IMG/VR virus record: IMGVR_UViG_3300029286_002633
DNA length: 57,742 nt
Source: an uncultured virus (IMG/VR IMGVR_UViG_3300029286_002633)
Taxonomy: Duplodnaviria; Heunggongvirae; Uroviricota; Caudoviricetes
Direction: 5' to 3' (one strand)
Part shown: piece after piece, positions 11,388 through 20,903 of the stretch
Position numbering within the stretch: the first letter of the stretch is position 1
Layout: each line of letters starts with the position of its first letter
Notes under the pieces: generated by a model
The model's input: only the letters and a program-made list of their open reading frames with translations
Database searches by the model: none
What the model was told of the DNA's origin: nothing
Program-made: the position numbers and the translations under genes

Positions 11388-11864
11388 ATGATGAAAAAAC
11401 TAATAGCAATATTAGCCGCAGTAGTAATGGCTTGTGCATTCGCACCTATGGCATCAGCAGACGGCGTGGAGACAATCGAAGTAACCTTAACACCCAACGC
11501 ATCCGCAAACATCACTTGTAACAGAACTGCTTGGGCACCTGGTTGTGGTCTTGGAGAACAAAACCGAACAAGTCAAACCTGGGGAAACCTTGACAACTCC
11601 GGTACAGTCTCTGTTGGCGTCACCATTCAGGGTGAAAACACAGCCGCTTGGACCATACACGACACCACAGCCGCACACAATCAATTCCTTGCAGAGTTCT
11701 ATGTGACTGGTTGGGAAGGATACGATGCAGATGCAGAGACATTCGATGCAGGCATTGCCTACGATGAAAGCGTAAACTTCGGTCTCGGAGTTGACATGCC
11801 TGATTCAACCAGCGTTAGTGCAACCCAATACTTCACGATAACATTCACTGCGACAGCACTGTAA
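11388..11864 (+). CDS. Small secreted pilin-like subunit (candidate major filament protein 1)
   Basis: GAGGTGA RBS before ATG; Sec signal ending ASA; mature DGVETIEVTLTP...TITFTATAL, single domain. Confidence 0.85.
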   Translation: MMKKLIAILAAVVMACAFAPMASADGVETIEVTLTPNASANITCNRTAWAPGCGLGEQNRTSQTWGNLDNSGTVSVGVTIQGENTAAWTIHDTTAAHNQFLAEFYVTGWEGYDADAETFDAGIAYDESVNFGLGVDMPDSTSVSATQYFTITFTATAL

Positions 11865-11879
11865 GCAAGCGACCATATC

Positions 11880-11932
11880 GAACACCTCTAACCATTTTTC
11901 TCCTTCTTTTTTGGAGAAAAAATAGGGTGTTT
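11880..11932 (+). terminator. Long imperfect hairpin with T-tracts after subunit gene 1
   Basis: GAACACC...TTTTTCTCC / GGAGAAAAA...GGTGTTT arms. Confidence 0.5.
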
Positions 11933-11962
11933 GGCAGAGGGCGGCAGGGTATAGTAACAAAG

Positions 11963-12001
11963 ACGAGTACGGCGTAATAATAAAATCCTACCGTACAAGG
12001 T
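11963..12001 (+). repeat. Conserved stem-loop motif, copy 2
   Basis: GTACGG (11967-72) pairs with CCGTAC (11991-96). Confidence 0.8.
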
Positions 12002-12034
12002 AAAAATATATTTAGACTAAAAAGAGGTAAAAAA

Positions 12035-12544
12035 ATGAAAATGAAAATCTTTGCGATTTTAATCGCAATAGGCATTTGTTTTGGCTTCGTGCCAACTGCA
12101 TTTGCAGGAGAAGAAACGGACACCATCACGGTCAACATGACCCCGGCGGGAACCGCAGATATTGAGGTATACAACGCGACATCCGCAGTTGAGTCACAGG
12201 CAATCTGGAACCCAACAGCAAAAGTCGGTGATGGAAAGGCATCAACAAGCGCCACGTTCTACAACATGACCAACGTGGGAACATGTAACGTAAGTGTCAC
12301 TGTTCAAGCAAGCAACACTGCTGATTGGACACTTAGTGGCACTGCTGCTTTGGACGCATTCGTCCTTGAAACAGATTCCCCAGATGTAGAACTGACCACA
12401 TCTCCACAACCCTTCGTGAGCGACTTGCCAACTTCGGCTGGCACCCCAACAGAGCAATTCGGTTTATCTGTTACAATGCCAACCTTTTCGAGCACCAACG
12501 ACCCACAACAGTCAACAATAACATTCGTAGCAACAGCACTCTAA
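12035..12544 (+). CDS. Small secreted pilin-like subunit (candidate major filament protein 2)
   Basis: GAGGT RBS; signal peptide ending AFA; ETDTITVNMTP...QFGLSVTMPTFSST...TITFVATAL. Confidence 0.85.
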   Translation: MKMKIFAILIAIGICFGFVPTAFAGEETDTITVNMTPAGTADIEVYNATSAVESQAIWNPTAKVGDGKASTSATFYNMTNVGTCNVSVTVQASNTADWTLSGTAALDAFVLETDSPDVELTTSPQPFVSDLPTSAGTPTEQFGLSVTMPTFSSTNDPQQSTITFVATAL

Positions 12545-12552
12545 TCACATTG

Positions 12553-12592
12553 ACGAGCACGGCGTAACCCTTAAAGACCTACCGTGCAAGGC
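12553..12592 (+). repeat. Conserved stem-loop motif, copy 3, followed by a T-tract (12597-12609)
   Basis: GCACGG (12557-62) pairs with CCGTGC (12582-87). Confidence 0.8.
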
Positions 12593-12653
12593 ATCCTTTT
12601 ATTTTTTTTAAAATCCGTAACCTTTATTAATTCCCTATCTATTACAACAGGCA

Positions 12654-13361
12654 ATGAACGGACGACCAATCATCATATTTTTTTTCTTGGCTCTCCTATT
12701 AGCACCAGCAGTAGCACAAATGGCTGAACCCTATGAGATTAATCCAGCGAAATGGGTTTTCTACCTTAAAGACGATTATGAACTGAAAACAATCTATTTT
12801 AATTTCCAAATAAAAAATACAGATACAGGTCCAATAACAGTCTCCCTTGAAAAAATACCTCCGGATTATCTATATTCCGAACAATACCCCGGGGTTGTCG
12901 CTTTCCCTGATTATTCATGGATAACGATATCCGAGTCAGAAGTGACCATTCCTGCCGGTCAAACCGTTGAAGTCCCTGTTTATGTTACTATCCCTGAGCA
13001 GTATTATCCAGGTGGTGCCACGAATCAAACACCAATTTCAAACTATAATAAATCATATGAGGCGTGGTTCCTTGCTGACCAAACAAGTGGACCAGGTAAC
13101 ATTCAGGTTGATTACCGTTGCCGATGGGTGTTCCTCACACCAATAAAATATGTCCCTCCATGGCAACGACCTGGGGCGTTGCTTCCAATCCAACCTGAGA
13201 TTTTGTATGCAATACTCCTTATTGTTGTTATAACAATAATTGCAATATTGGTTTTAAGACGCAGAGGCGGTGGACGAACTAAAAAGAAAAAAGAAAAGAA
13301 AGAGAGAGGAAAAGAGCAAGAACAACCACCTGATTCCAAAGGTGGAGATGTCTGGGATTAA
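12654..13361 (+). CDS. Membrane-anchored Ig-fold protein, DUF916/PapD-like (candidate filament anchor or assembly chaperone)
   Basis: Signal peptide; FQIKNTDTGPITV...SWITISESEVTIPAGQTVEVPVYVTIP pattern; C-terminal TM helix plus basic tail. Confidence 0.6.
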   Translation: MNGRPIIIFFFLALLLAPAVAQMAEPYEINPAKWVFYLKDDYELKTIYFNFQIKNTDTGPITVSLEKIPPDYLYSEQYPGVVAFPDYSWITISESEVTIPAGQTVEVPVYVTIPEQYYPGGATNQTPISNYNKSYEAWFLADQTSGPGNIQVDYRCRWVFLTPIKYVPPWQRPGALLPIQPEILYAILLIVVITIIAILVLRRRGGGRTKKKKEKKERGKEQEQPPDSKGGDVWD

Positions 13362-13376
13362 TTTCTTTCTTATTTT

Positions 13377-13404
13377 GTATACCTATTTGACATAGAGTAT
13401 TTAA
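13377..13404 (+). promoter_or_regulatory. GTATAC-N15-TATTTAA promoter of the cohesin/dockerin cluster
   Basis: gtatac ctatttgacatagag tatttaa; TATA begins 38 nt before ATG 13436. Confidence 0.75.
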
Positions 13405-13435
13405 ATTTACAACCCGATACTTTTTTGATATAAAC

Positions 13436-13744
13436 ATGAAGACCAGCCTCTTCGCTGTCATAATTACAGTTTTACTCTTAGTGTTAGTTGTTTCTACTGT
13501 GAAGGCTGATAACACTGAAACCATTGAAAGTCTACTGGAATTCTATGGTCCACCAGAAGACATTAATCATGATGGTGATATTGATTACAAAGATGCATCA
13601 TTATTTGTAAATCACTATGGTCAATTTGGCGACCCAGGCGGACGAAAAGATAGTAGGTGGGATATCAACGAAGATTGGTATACAGATTACAAAGACGGTT
13701 CAAGATTTGTAAATAAATATGGTTTATCTTGGCTTGTGCCATGA
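13436..13744 (+). CDS. Secreted stand-alone dockerin protein
   Basis: Signal peptide; duplicated Ca-binding repeats DINHDGDIDYKD and DINEDWYTDYKD. Confidence 0.85.
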   Translation: MKTSLFAVIITVLLLVLVVSTVKADNTETIESLLEFYGPPEDINHDGDIDYKDASLFVNHYGQFGDPGGRKDSRWDINEDWYTDYKDGSRFVNKYGLSWLVP

Positions 13745-13766
13745 AATAAAGGAGAATGAGAAAAAT

Positions 13767-16700
13767 ATGTATAAAAAAATAAAAACAGGAATTGTAATGT
13801 TAGTGATGCTACTGTCGGTCATTTTATCTTCGACATTCTTAGTGTCTGCTGATGGACCGAACTATGTGTATTTTGCAACACCCCCGTATTCAACATATAA
13901 ACCAAGTGGAGATTATTACTTTGCAGATGAAATTTATAATGAAAGTTTCATAAATCAATCAGATGGCGCTTTACTTTATGAGAGTGTTAATGATGATAAT
14001 GATACAACAAATCTCGAATGGGATGCATTGGAAAAAATGACATTTGATTTATCAGGACAACCCCTCAGTGGCACAATTTCAAGTGTGACTTTACACGCAA
14101 TATTAAAACGAAGTGGAGGTCTTGCAGCACAATGTGGATATAAATGGCTATTAAATGATACTTCAACTGAATGGGAAAGCGCTCAATATACAGATACAAC
14201 AGCAAGTTTTTCAGAAAAAACATATGTATTGGCTACAAATCCATTTACTTCATCTGCATGGGAATGGAGTGATTTAACAACTTTAAAAGCAGGTATCTAT
14301 CAAAGTTATATTGCTTCTGGGAGACTATTATCTGTTTCAGAATATTGGCTAACGATATCAACATCATCTGCAACAGGAATAGATGTCACAATAGGAGATA
14401 ATTTTAGGATGGATGTATTCGTTAATATCAGTCAAAAAATAGACACGATATGTATTAAAAACATATCATATTTACCAGCAGGCATCGTTAATTATCTTGC
14501 GGATTCCGATAATGAACGAACAACCGGTTATACGCAAAGCGGAAATCTCTTCAACGCTACAATATTATATCAAGAACCAACCTCATCATCCACACATAAT
14601 AGTCAAGGATGGGTTGGTGGAACTGGTGAAACTGCTTCAGAGCATTTCTTATGGGCACAAAAATATACAAAAAACAGTTCAGTATACATTGCATGGTTAA
14701 TCACATGGCAAGCAGTTAGTTGCGGTAATGCGACATTTACAGTTCAACCATATTCAGGTTCTTGGGGAAGTACAGCATATAATGGAACAGACGTAGGAAC
14801 AACCTATTTCACTGGTTATGTACGTGTTCATCCGCAAACACCGACATCATTAACAACAACTCCCATAGGTGCATCACGTATTGACCTTAGTTGGACAAAA
14901 CATACTGGCGGAGATAAAACACTTATTAGATATAAAACTGGTTCAAACCCAACAAGCGTGACAGATGGTTCTTTACTTTATAATGGAACCGGAACTTCAA
15001 CAATTGATACTAATATGTCCGGAGGAGACCATATCTATTATTCAGCGTGGGGATGGAACAATTCTGTTGGTTATTATTCCTTATCCTATGATACTGCTGA
15101 TGGAGAAACAAACAATGCGCCTGTATTGAGTAGTGAAGACCCCGCAGACAATTCAGGAAATATTGATAAAGATTATCCACAAGTCAGCGTTTATATTTCA
15201 GATGGCGACGGAGACACATTTGATTGGACGATTCACGGACCATATATCACGACATCAAACGCAAACGGGGCATCTAATGGGACCAAAACCGCAGGGTTCA
15301 CAGGAACATTACCTTATGGAACAGATATCATTTGGTATGTGAATGTCACCGATGGAACTGATTGGACAAACGCAACATATAACTTCACTGTCCGTGATAC
15401 GTATGCACCAGTCCCACCAACTGGTTTCACAGCAACAACATATGACCGATTTAGAATTGACCTTACTTGGACACCAGCAAATATTGATGATTATACCTAT
15501 ATAGAATGGAGTACCGCATCAACTTGGAGTCGTGGCGCTGGGAACTTCCTTTATAATGGGACGGGTACTGGCACGTCACATACAAGTCTTGATGAAGGAA
15601 AGACCTATTATTACCAAGCATGGTCGTATAATGCAACTGATAATGTTTATTCTACATTATATGCAGAGGATTATGACACCACAACTGACGATTTGCAACC
15701 AATATTGAGCAATGAAGACCCAGAAGACCTCGATACTGATATTGATAAGAATTACCCCGGTGTCAGCATTGATATTAGTGACCCCGAAGGAGACCTGATG
15801 GATTGGACCATCGAAGTCAGCAACGGAGATAGTAACAGTGGTATTGGAGCGTCAAATGGAACGAAATACTGTGCATTATTGAACATACCATTATCATATG
15901 GTGCAACAATCACCTGGTGGGTGAATGTCACTGATGGATATGAGTGGACAAATGAAACTTATACATTCACTGTCCGTGATGAATACGAGCCATCAGCACC
16001 AACTGGCTTTGAAGCAACTGTCTTTAGCCGGTTCCAAATCGACTTGAACTGGACAAAGGCTTTCGGTAATGACAAAGTAGTCATTATCGCAAAACTCGGT
16101 TCGCCGCCAACACTTGGTGTTGATGCAGAAATTTACAATGGCACTGGAATAAGTTATAATGATGATGGATTAGACCCAAATGAGCATTGGTATTACAAAG
16201 CATATGGCTGGAATGAGACTGATGAAGTATACAGTTCTTCCTATGACTCTGCAAATGCGACAACCACTGGAAATAATCCACCAAATTTATTTACAAATGA
16301 AATACCAGAAAACGAAACCGACTACATTTCAGTATACAACAGGTACCTAAATGTAACCGTATCTGACCCTGAATCAGACCACATGTGGGTCTATTTCTAC
16401 TGGGGTAATGATACATCAATAGCATGGGTTGAAATAGATAGCGGTCAAGAAGCAAGCATTTACCTGCCTGAGTGGCTCGCTCATTCAGATGCACCGTCAG
16501 GGACTCGTAAGTTATCACAATACACTTGGTATGCCATAGCGCATGATTCGTATACTCAGACACAAAGTGATATATATAATTTCATCACATCGAAAGCATG
16601 GGATATTAACGAAGATGGGACAATTAGTTACAACGATGGAAGTAAGTTGGTTAATGTATACGGAAGCACAGTTGTAGCCGGTTCAATTGGTTCTGATATT

Positions 16701-16775
16701 AATGAAGATGGTGTTGTCTCGTATCTTGACGCATCATCATTTGTAAGCCATTATGGAATAACGTATTATCCATAA
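13767..16775 (+). CDS. Secreted adaptor: cohesin-like domain (with ~160-aa insert), 3 FN3/Ig repeat pairs, C-terminal dockerin
   Basis: Likely start MYKKIK followed by a signal peptide; N-terminus aligns with 16789 and 19416; DINEDGTISYND / DINEDGVVSYLD. Confidence 0.85.
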   Translation: MYKKIKTGIVMLVMLLSVILSSTFLVSADGPNYVYFATPPYSTYKPSGDYYFADEIYNESFINQSDGALLYESVNDDNDTTNLEWDALEKMTFDLSGQPLSGTISSVTLHAILKRSGGLAAQCGYKWLLNDTSTEWESAQYTDTTASFSEKTYVLATNPFTSSAWEWSDLTTLKAGIYQSYIASGRLLSVSEYWLTISTSSATGIDVTIGDNFRMDVFVNISQKIDTICIKNISYLPAGIVNYLADSDNERTTGYTQSGNLFNATILYQEPTSSSTHNSQGWVGGTGETASEHFLWAQKYTKNSSVYIAWLITWQAVSCGNATFTVQPYSGSWGSTAYNGTDVGTTYFTGYVRVHPQTPTSLTTTPIGASRIDLSWTKHTGGDKTLIRYKTGSNPTSVTDGSLLYNGTGTSTIDTNMSGGDHIYYSAWGWNNSVGYYSLSYDTADGETNNAPVLSSEDPADNSGNIDKDYPQVSVYISDGDGDTFDWTIHGPYITTSNANGASNGTKTAGFTGTLPYGTDIIWYVNVTDGTDWTNATYNFTVRDTYAPVPPTGFTATTYDRFRIDLTWTPANIDDYTYIEWSTASTWSRGAGNFLYNGTGTGTSHTSLDEGKTYYYQAWSYNATDNVYSTLYAEDYDTTTDDLQPILSNEDPEDLDTDIDKNYPGVSIDISDPEGDLMDWTIEVSNGDSNSGIGASNGTKYCALLNIPLSYGATITWWVNVTDGYEWTNETYTFTVRDEYEPSAPTGFEATVFSRFQIDLNWTKAFGNDKVVIIAKLGSPPTLGVDAEIYNGTGISYNDDGLDPNEHWYYKAYGWNETDEVYSSSYDSANATTTGNNPPNLFTNEIPENETDYISVYNRYLNVTVSDPESDHMWVYFYWGNDTSIAWVEIDSGQEASIYLPEWLAHSDAPSGTRKLSQYTWYAIAHDSYTQTQSDIYNFITSKAWDINEDGTISYNDGSKLVNVYGSTVVAGSIGSDINEDGVVSYLDASSFVSHYGITYYP

Positions 16776-16788
16776 AAATGATGATATA

Positions 16789-18654
16789 ATGAAAATAAAA
16801 GAAGCAACAATACTAATCATACTGATGCTAATCTGCACAACTTTTGTTGTAGCAGACCCTCTCCCCCCCTTTGATGGACCAAACTACATGGGTATCGAAT
16901 CAAAAGACGTTACAATAGACGACACGTTTTATACTAATGTCTGGGCAAACATCGGCTCTTCAATAGATGTAGTAGCAATGGATAACTTCACATTTTTATC
17001 CGCTGGAATTATCACTTACGAAGATGTTGCACAAGGTGACCTTTTTGCAGGGGAAACATTATGGATTACACCAGCCTATATACACAACGATACTGGATGG
17101 GCTAAACCTATTGTATGGGGTTACAATACGCCGGTGAATGGTGTTAATAAAACTGCATTCAATATTACATGGATTGCAAGAAAGGTTGGACAAACGACAA
17201 TCACGATTACAGCGGGAGGAACAGCACGAAATGGTACCGACCCTGGAACAACAAAATACCCCGGCATCATTACAGTTCATCCACAGCCAACAACTGGTTT
17301 TTCGGCTACTGCATTAGACCAGAATAACATAGGTTTATCATGGACGAAAGGCGTTGGTGTTGATAGAGTTGTCATACGTGGAAGCAAATCCGGTTATCCT
17401 ACAACTCCACAAAGCGATACAGATGTTTATAATAACACAGGGACAGGAACAACTCATTCAGGTTTGTCACCAGGGCAAACATGGTATTATAGAGCATGGG
17501 GTTGGAATACTACTGCTGGTTTCTTCAGTTTGTTAAATCAGACAGATTATGATACGACACCAGCAGGAAATCGAGCACCTACGTTAAGTAGTGAAAACCC
17601 GACCGATAACTCAGGTAATATTGATAAGAACAAGGCGACAGTCAGCGTTATTATTAATGACCCTGACGGCAATACATTCAACTGGCAGATACATGGGACT
17701 CATGTCACAACAAATAGTGGAAGTGGTGCAACAAATGGGACAAAGACAGCAAACCTGATTACGCCATTGCCATATGGAACAAATGTTATATGGTATGTGA
17801 ATGTAACAGATGGTTCTTTATGGACTAATGCAACTTACAACTTCACTGTACGTAGCCAATATACTCCATCACCCCCATCTGGTTTCAATGCTATAGCATT
17901 TAACAGCACCCAGATAAATATGTCTTGGACAAAAGGCTCTGGTGGAGATAAAGTCGTTATTGTCGCAAAACTCGGTTCAGCACCAACAGGAATCGGTGAT
18001 GGAACTATTATCTACAATGGAACTGGAACAAGTTACAATGATGATGGGTTGGGACCGAATCAGCATTGGTATTACATTGCTTACTCTTGGAATACGACTG
18101 ACAAAGCATATAGTGCAACTTATGTATCATCAGATGCGACGACACTTGCTATAAATCATCATCCTCAAGTAACACCTATTCACCCCGCAAATAATGCTCC
18201 CTATGAATCTGTCTACAATGAATATCTCAAAGTGCATGTAATTGATAACGATGATGATACTATGACGGTTCATATCGACTTCTCTTGGGCAACTGGGTCA
18301 TTAAGTTATACAGCAGATACTGTGACAAATAATACTGATGTGAACCTTTCACTACCTACATATATCTCACCAGATTGGCTGCAACATAAAAATCAGAGAC
18401 CAGAAGGTTATACCTGGTATGTCAATGTAACCGATGGAACTGATTGGACAAATAATACATGGCATTTCAATACGTCATACGCATGGGATATCAATGAAGA
18501 CAGATATGTCAATAGCGTTGATATATCTCTCATAGTTTCACATTACAAAAATACAATGACGGCAGGGCAATACGGATGGGACATCATTGAAAACGGAAAA
18601 GTTGATTATCGTGACATTTCAATACTTGTCTATCACTATGGAGAGACATACTAA
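16789..18654 (+). CDS. Secreted adaptor: cohesin-like domain, FN3/Ig repeats, C-terminal dockerin
   Basis: VTIDDTFYTNVW...QGDLF...NITWIARKVG; WDINEDRYVNSVD / DIIENGKVDYRD. Confidence 0.85.
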   Translation: MKIKEATILIILMLICTTFVVADPLPPFDGPNYMGIESKDVTIDDTFYTNVWANIGSSIDVVAMDNFTFLSAGIITYEDVAQGDLFAGETLWITPAYIHNDTGWAKPIVWGYNTPVNGVNKTAFNITWIARKVGQTTITITAGGTARNGTDPGTTKYPGIITVHPQPTTGFSATALDQNNIGLSWTKGVGVDRVVIRGSKSGYPTTPQSDTDVYNNTGTGTTHSGLSPGQTWYYRAWGWNTTAGFFSLLNQTDYDTTPAGNRAPTLSSENPTDNSGNIDKNKATVSVIINDPDGNTFNWQIHGTHVTTNSGSGATNGTKTANLITPLPYGTNVIWYVNVTDGSLWTNATYNFTVRSQYTPSPPSGFNAIAFNSTQINMSWTKGSGGDKVVIVAKLGSAPTGIGDGTIIYNGTGTSYNDDGLGPNQHWYYIAYSWNTTDKAYSATYVSSDATTLAINHHPQVTPIHPANNAPYESVYNEYLKVHVIDNDDDTMTVHIDFSWATGSLSYTADTVTNNTDVNLSLPTYISPDWLQHKNQRPEGYTWYVNVTDGTDWTNNTWHFNTSYAWDINEDRYVNSVDISLIVSHYKNTMTAGQYGWDIIENGKVDYRDISILVYHYGETY

Positions 18655-18696
18655 ATAAACCAAAATCTTTTTTAATATGTTAACCTATTCTCTTTC

Positions 18697-19335
18697 ATGA
18701 AATATTTCGCAATCTTGTTGATATTTCTCTTGTTTTTTCCAGTAGCATCTGCACAGACTATCGTGAAATTCGAGCCATCGACTTTCACCATTGACGCAGA
18801 TGAGACAAAATCAGTGAACATAGAAATAGTAACTGATGCGACAATCGACACCATTGCAACAGATTATATCCATTGGGATGCAAAAATAATGGATTGTATT
18901 GGAATACAACAAGGAGACTTTTTCAATGATTCAACTATCTGGATAAAAGGAACAATAGATAATAGCAAGGGTGAAATCAGGAATATGGTTTGGGCATCGA
19001 GATTCCCTGCAAATGCATCTGGGACATTCGTTACACTTACTTTTCGTGGTAAAAAAGATGGCATTGTAAAAATAACTATCAACGAGACAGAAACCGGTAT
19101 TGCAAGAGGGGGGGTGGATATAGCGAAAACAGTTCAAGGAATATGCACGGTTACTGTTACTGGCAACCCTGACTCAATCCCCTATTCATCATCACCGTTT
19201 TTCATCTATGTCATAGCGTTAATTGCTGTTCTGATTTTTTCGTTGATACTGGTTGCAATATTAAGAAGACCAAAGAAAAAGAAGAAATTAGAAGAACCTG
19301 AAGAAGAAACCGAGAATCCAGAAGACACATTTTAA
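18697..19335 (+). CDS. Membrane-anchored single cohesin protein
   Basis: Signal peptide; VKFEPS...WDAKIMDCIGIQQGDFF...IDNSKG...GTFVTLTF; C-terminal TM plus RRPKKKKK. Confidence 0.8.
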   Translation: MKYFAILLIFLLFFPVASAQTIVKFEPSTFTIDADETKSVNIEIVTDATIDTIATDYIHWDAKIMDCIGIQQGDFFNDSTIWIKGTIDNSKGEIRNMVWASRFPANASGTFVTLTFRGKKDGIVKITINETETGIARGGVDIAKTVQGICTVTVTGNPDSIPYSSSPFFIYVIALIAVLIFSLILVAILRRPKKKKKLEEPEEETENPEDTF

Positions 19336-19341
19336 TGGTTA

Positions 19342-19369
19342 GTATACGTTATTGCAATAACCTATTTAA
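19342..19369 (+). promoter_or_regulatory. GTATAC-N15-TATTTAA promoter
   Basis: gtatac gttattgcaataacc tatttaa; supports a start at 19416 rather than 19335. Confidence 0.7.
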
Positions 19370-19415
19370 AGTTGCTATCTTATTCTTTATTATCGTATTA
19401 GAAGGTGTAAAAACA

Positions 19416-20891
19416 ATGAAATCCTACATTGCGATAGGAATATGCTTAATGATGATTTTAGCATCCGCTGTCGTCGTTACAGCAGACCCTGAGCCGTTTG
19501 CTGGTCCTAACTATTGGGGTTTTTCTACGCCGACAAGTGTTCATAAGACATTGAGCGTAGGCTCGACATTTACGACTGCCATCTGGGTAAATATTCTGCA
19601 ACTTACCGATACGGTATCTGTTGAGAATATGACGTTCACGCCTGGAATCATGGATTATGCCTCAACTGCTCAAGGTGCTCTTTTCACATCTTATACTGTG
19701 TATATGGAACCCGAGACAAACGGGGCGATAAATAACGTCATTGGGTATGCAAATCCATGTACAGGCGCATCGCAATATGAACGCAATAATACCAATGGGA
19801 CTCTTGCAACTATAACGTGGACGATGAAAACGTGTGGGAAAGTAGATTTTAGCATTACTGATGGGGGGACCGCCTATGCTGGAGATGATATATCTGTTAC
19901 ATTTATACCATTCTCTATCTGGATTCATCCCGCATCTATCACAGGTTTTTCTGCTACAAAGGTCAATTCAACGAAGATTAATCTTGCATGGACGAAACAG
20001 GCTGGTGACGACAAGACACTTATCAGGTATAAATCAGGTTCCGCTCCAACAAGTGTAACAGATGGAACATTTCTTTACAATGGTACAGGTACTTCTACGA
20101 GCCATACAGGACTTAGTAGCGGGCAGACCTGGTATTATTCCGCATGGGGTTGGAACGATACATCTGACCTTTATACTCTTCTTTATTCGACTGCATCAGC
20201 AGCGACAAATAGTGCCCCATATTTTGGGACACCATCACCTCAGAACGACTCGATAAACAGACCAATATCATTCACATGGAGTATACCGATTACAGACCCA
20301 GATAATGATGCCATCGACTGGACTATTGAGTGTAACAATACACAATCAAACAGTGGTAGTGGTGCAGGTGGCACAAAGTCACTATATTTGACTGGTTTAA
20401 AATATAATACTACATATACAATATGGGTGAATGCAACAGATGGGGAATTCACTATTCGTGCATGGTATAGGTTCACTACAAAAACAAAAGAAGGCGGTGG
20501 TGGCGGTGGAGGCGGGGCAGCGCCACAAGAAATCAATACTATCCGTGTTTCAGTCAGTCATAATGGAATACCGGTTAATGCAACCATCAGAATTAATGAA
20601 GGAACAACTCCTCAAAGTATAGGTGTTTTAGTTGCTGCTATAACAACAGGAATAGACGGTAATTACAGTTTTGGTTTAGACACTGGCACATATATACTTA
20701 CGGTCACAGCACCAGGGTATCAGCCATATCAGAAGATGCTCGTAGTCACAGGAGACGCCACTGAACTTGTTATTTTACAATCAACAGGTCAACCCTTCTG
20801 CTGGTGGTGTCTACTAATTATCATACTCATCATCTGTCTCGTATACTATCTGTATTCTCATAGAAATAAAAAATGGTATGATAAATTATAG
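19416..20891 (+). CDS. Membrane-anchored cohesin-like + FN3 + Ig + transthyretin-like (carboxypeptidase-regulatory-like) protein
   Basis: Signal peptide MKSYIAIG...; cohesin-like N-terminus; poly-Gly linker; TGIDGNYSFGL..GTYILTVTAPGY; C-terminal TM. Confidence 0.8.
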   Translation: MKSYIAIGICLMMILASAVVVTADPEPFAGPNYWGFSTPTSVHKTLSVGSTFTTAIWVNILQLTDTVSVENMTFTPGIMDYASTAQGALFTSYTVYMEPETNGAINNVIGYANPCTGASQYERNNTNGTLATITWTMKTCGKVDFSITDGGTAYAGDDISVTFIPFSIWIHPASITGFSATKVNSTKINLAWTKQAGDDKTLIRYKSGSAPTSVTDGTFLYNGTGTSTSHTGLSSGQTWYYSAWGWNDTSDLYTLLYSTASAATNSAPYFGTPSPQNDSINRPISFTWSIPITDPDNDAIDWTIECNNTQSNSGSGAGGTKSLYLTGLKYNTTYTIWVNATDGEFTIRAWYRFTTKTKEGGGGGGGGAAPQEINTIRVSVSHNGIPVNATIRINEGTTPQSIGVLVAAITTGIDGNYSFGLDTGTYILTVTAPGYQPYQKMLVVTGDATELVILQSTGQPFCWWCLLIIILIICLVYYLYSHRNKKWYDKL

Positions 20892-20903
20892 AGCGTAGAC
20901 GAG

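Noticed and set aside
11388..12544. Type IV pilins/archaellins
   Set aside because: Signal peptides end in AxA after the hydrophobic stretch (class I); no class III site, assembly ATPase or TadC-like gene seen
11325..12592. Three repeats as a CRISPR array or a known ribozyme (twister, hammerhead, pistol)
   Set aside because: Spacing is ~600 nt with genes between, no cas genes, and the conserved cores of those ribozymes are not present
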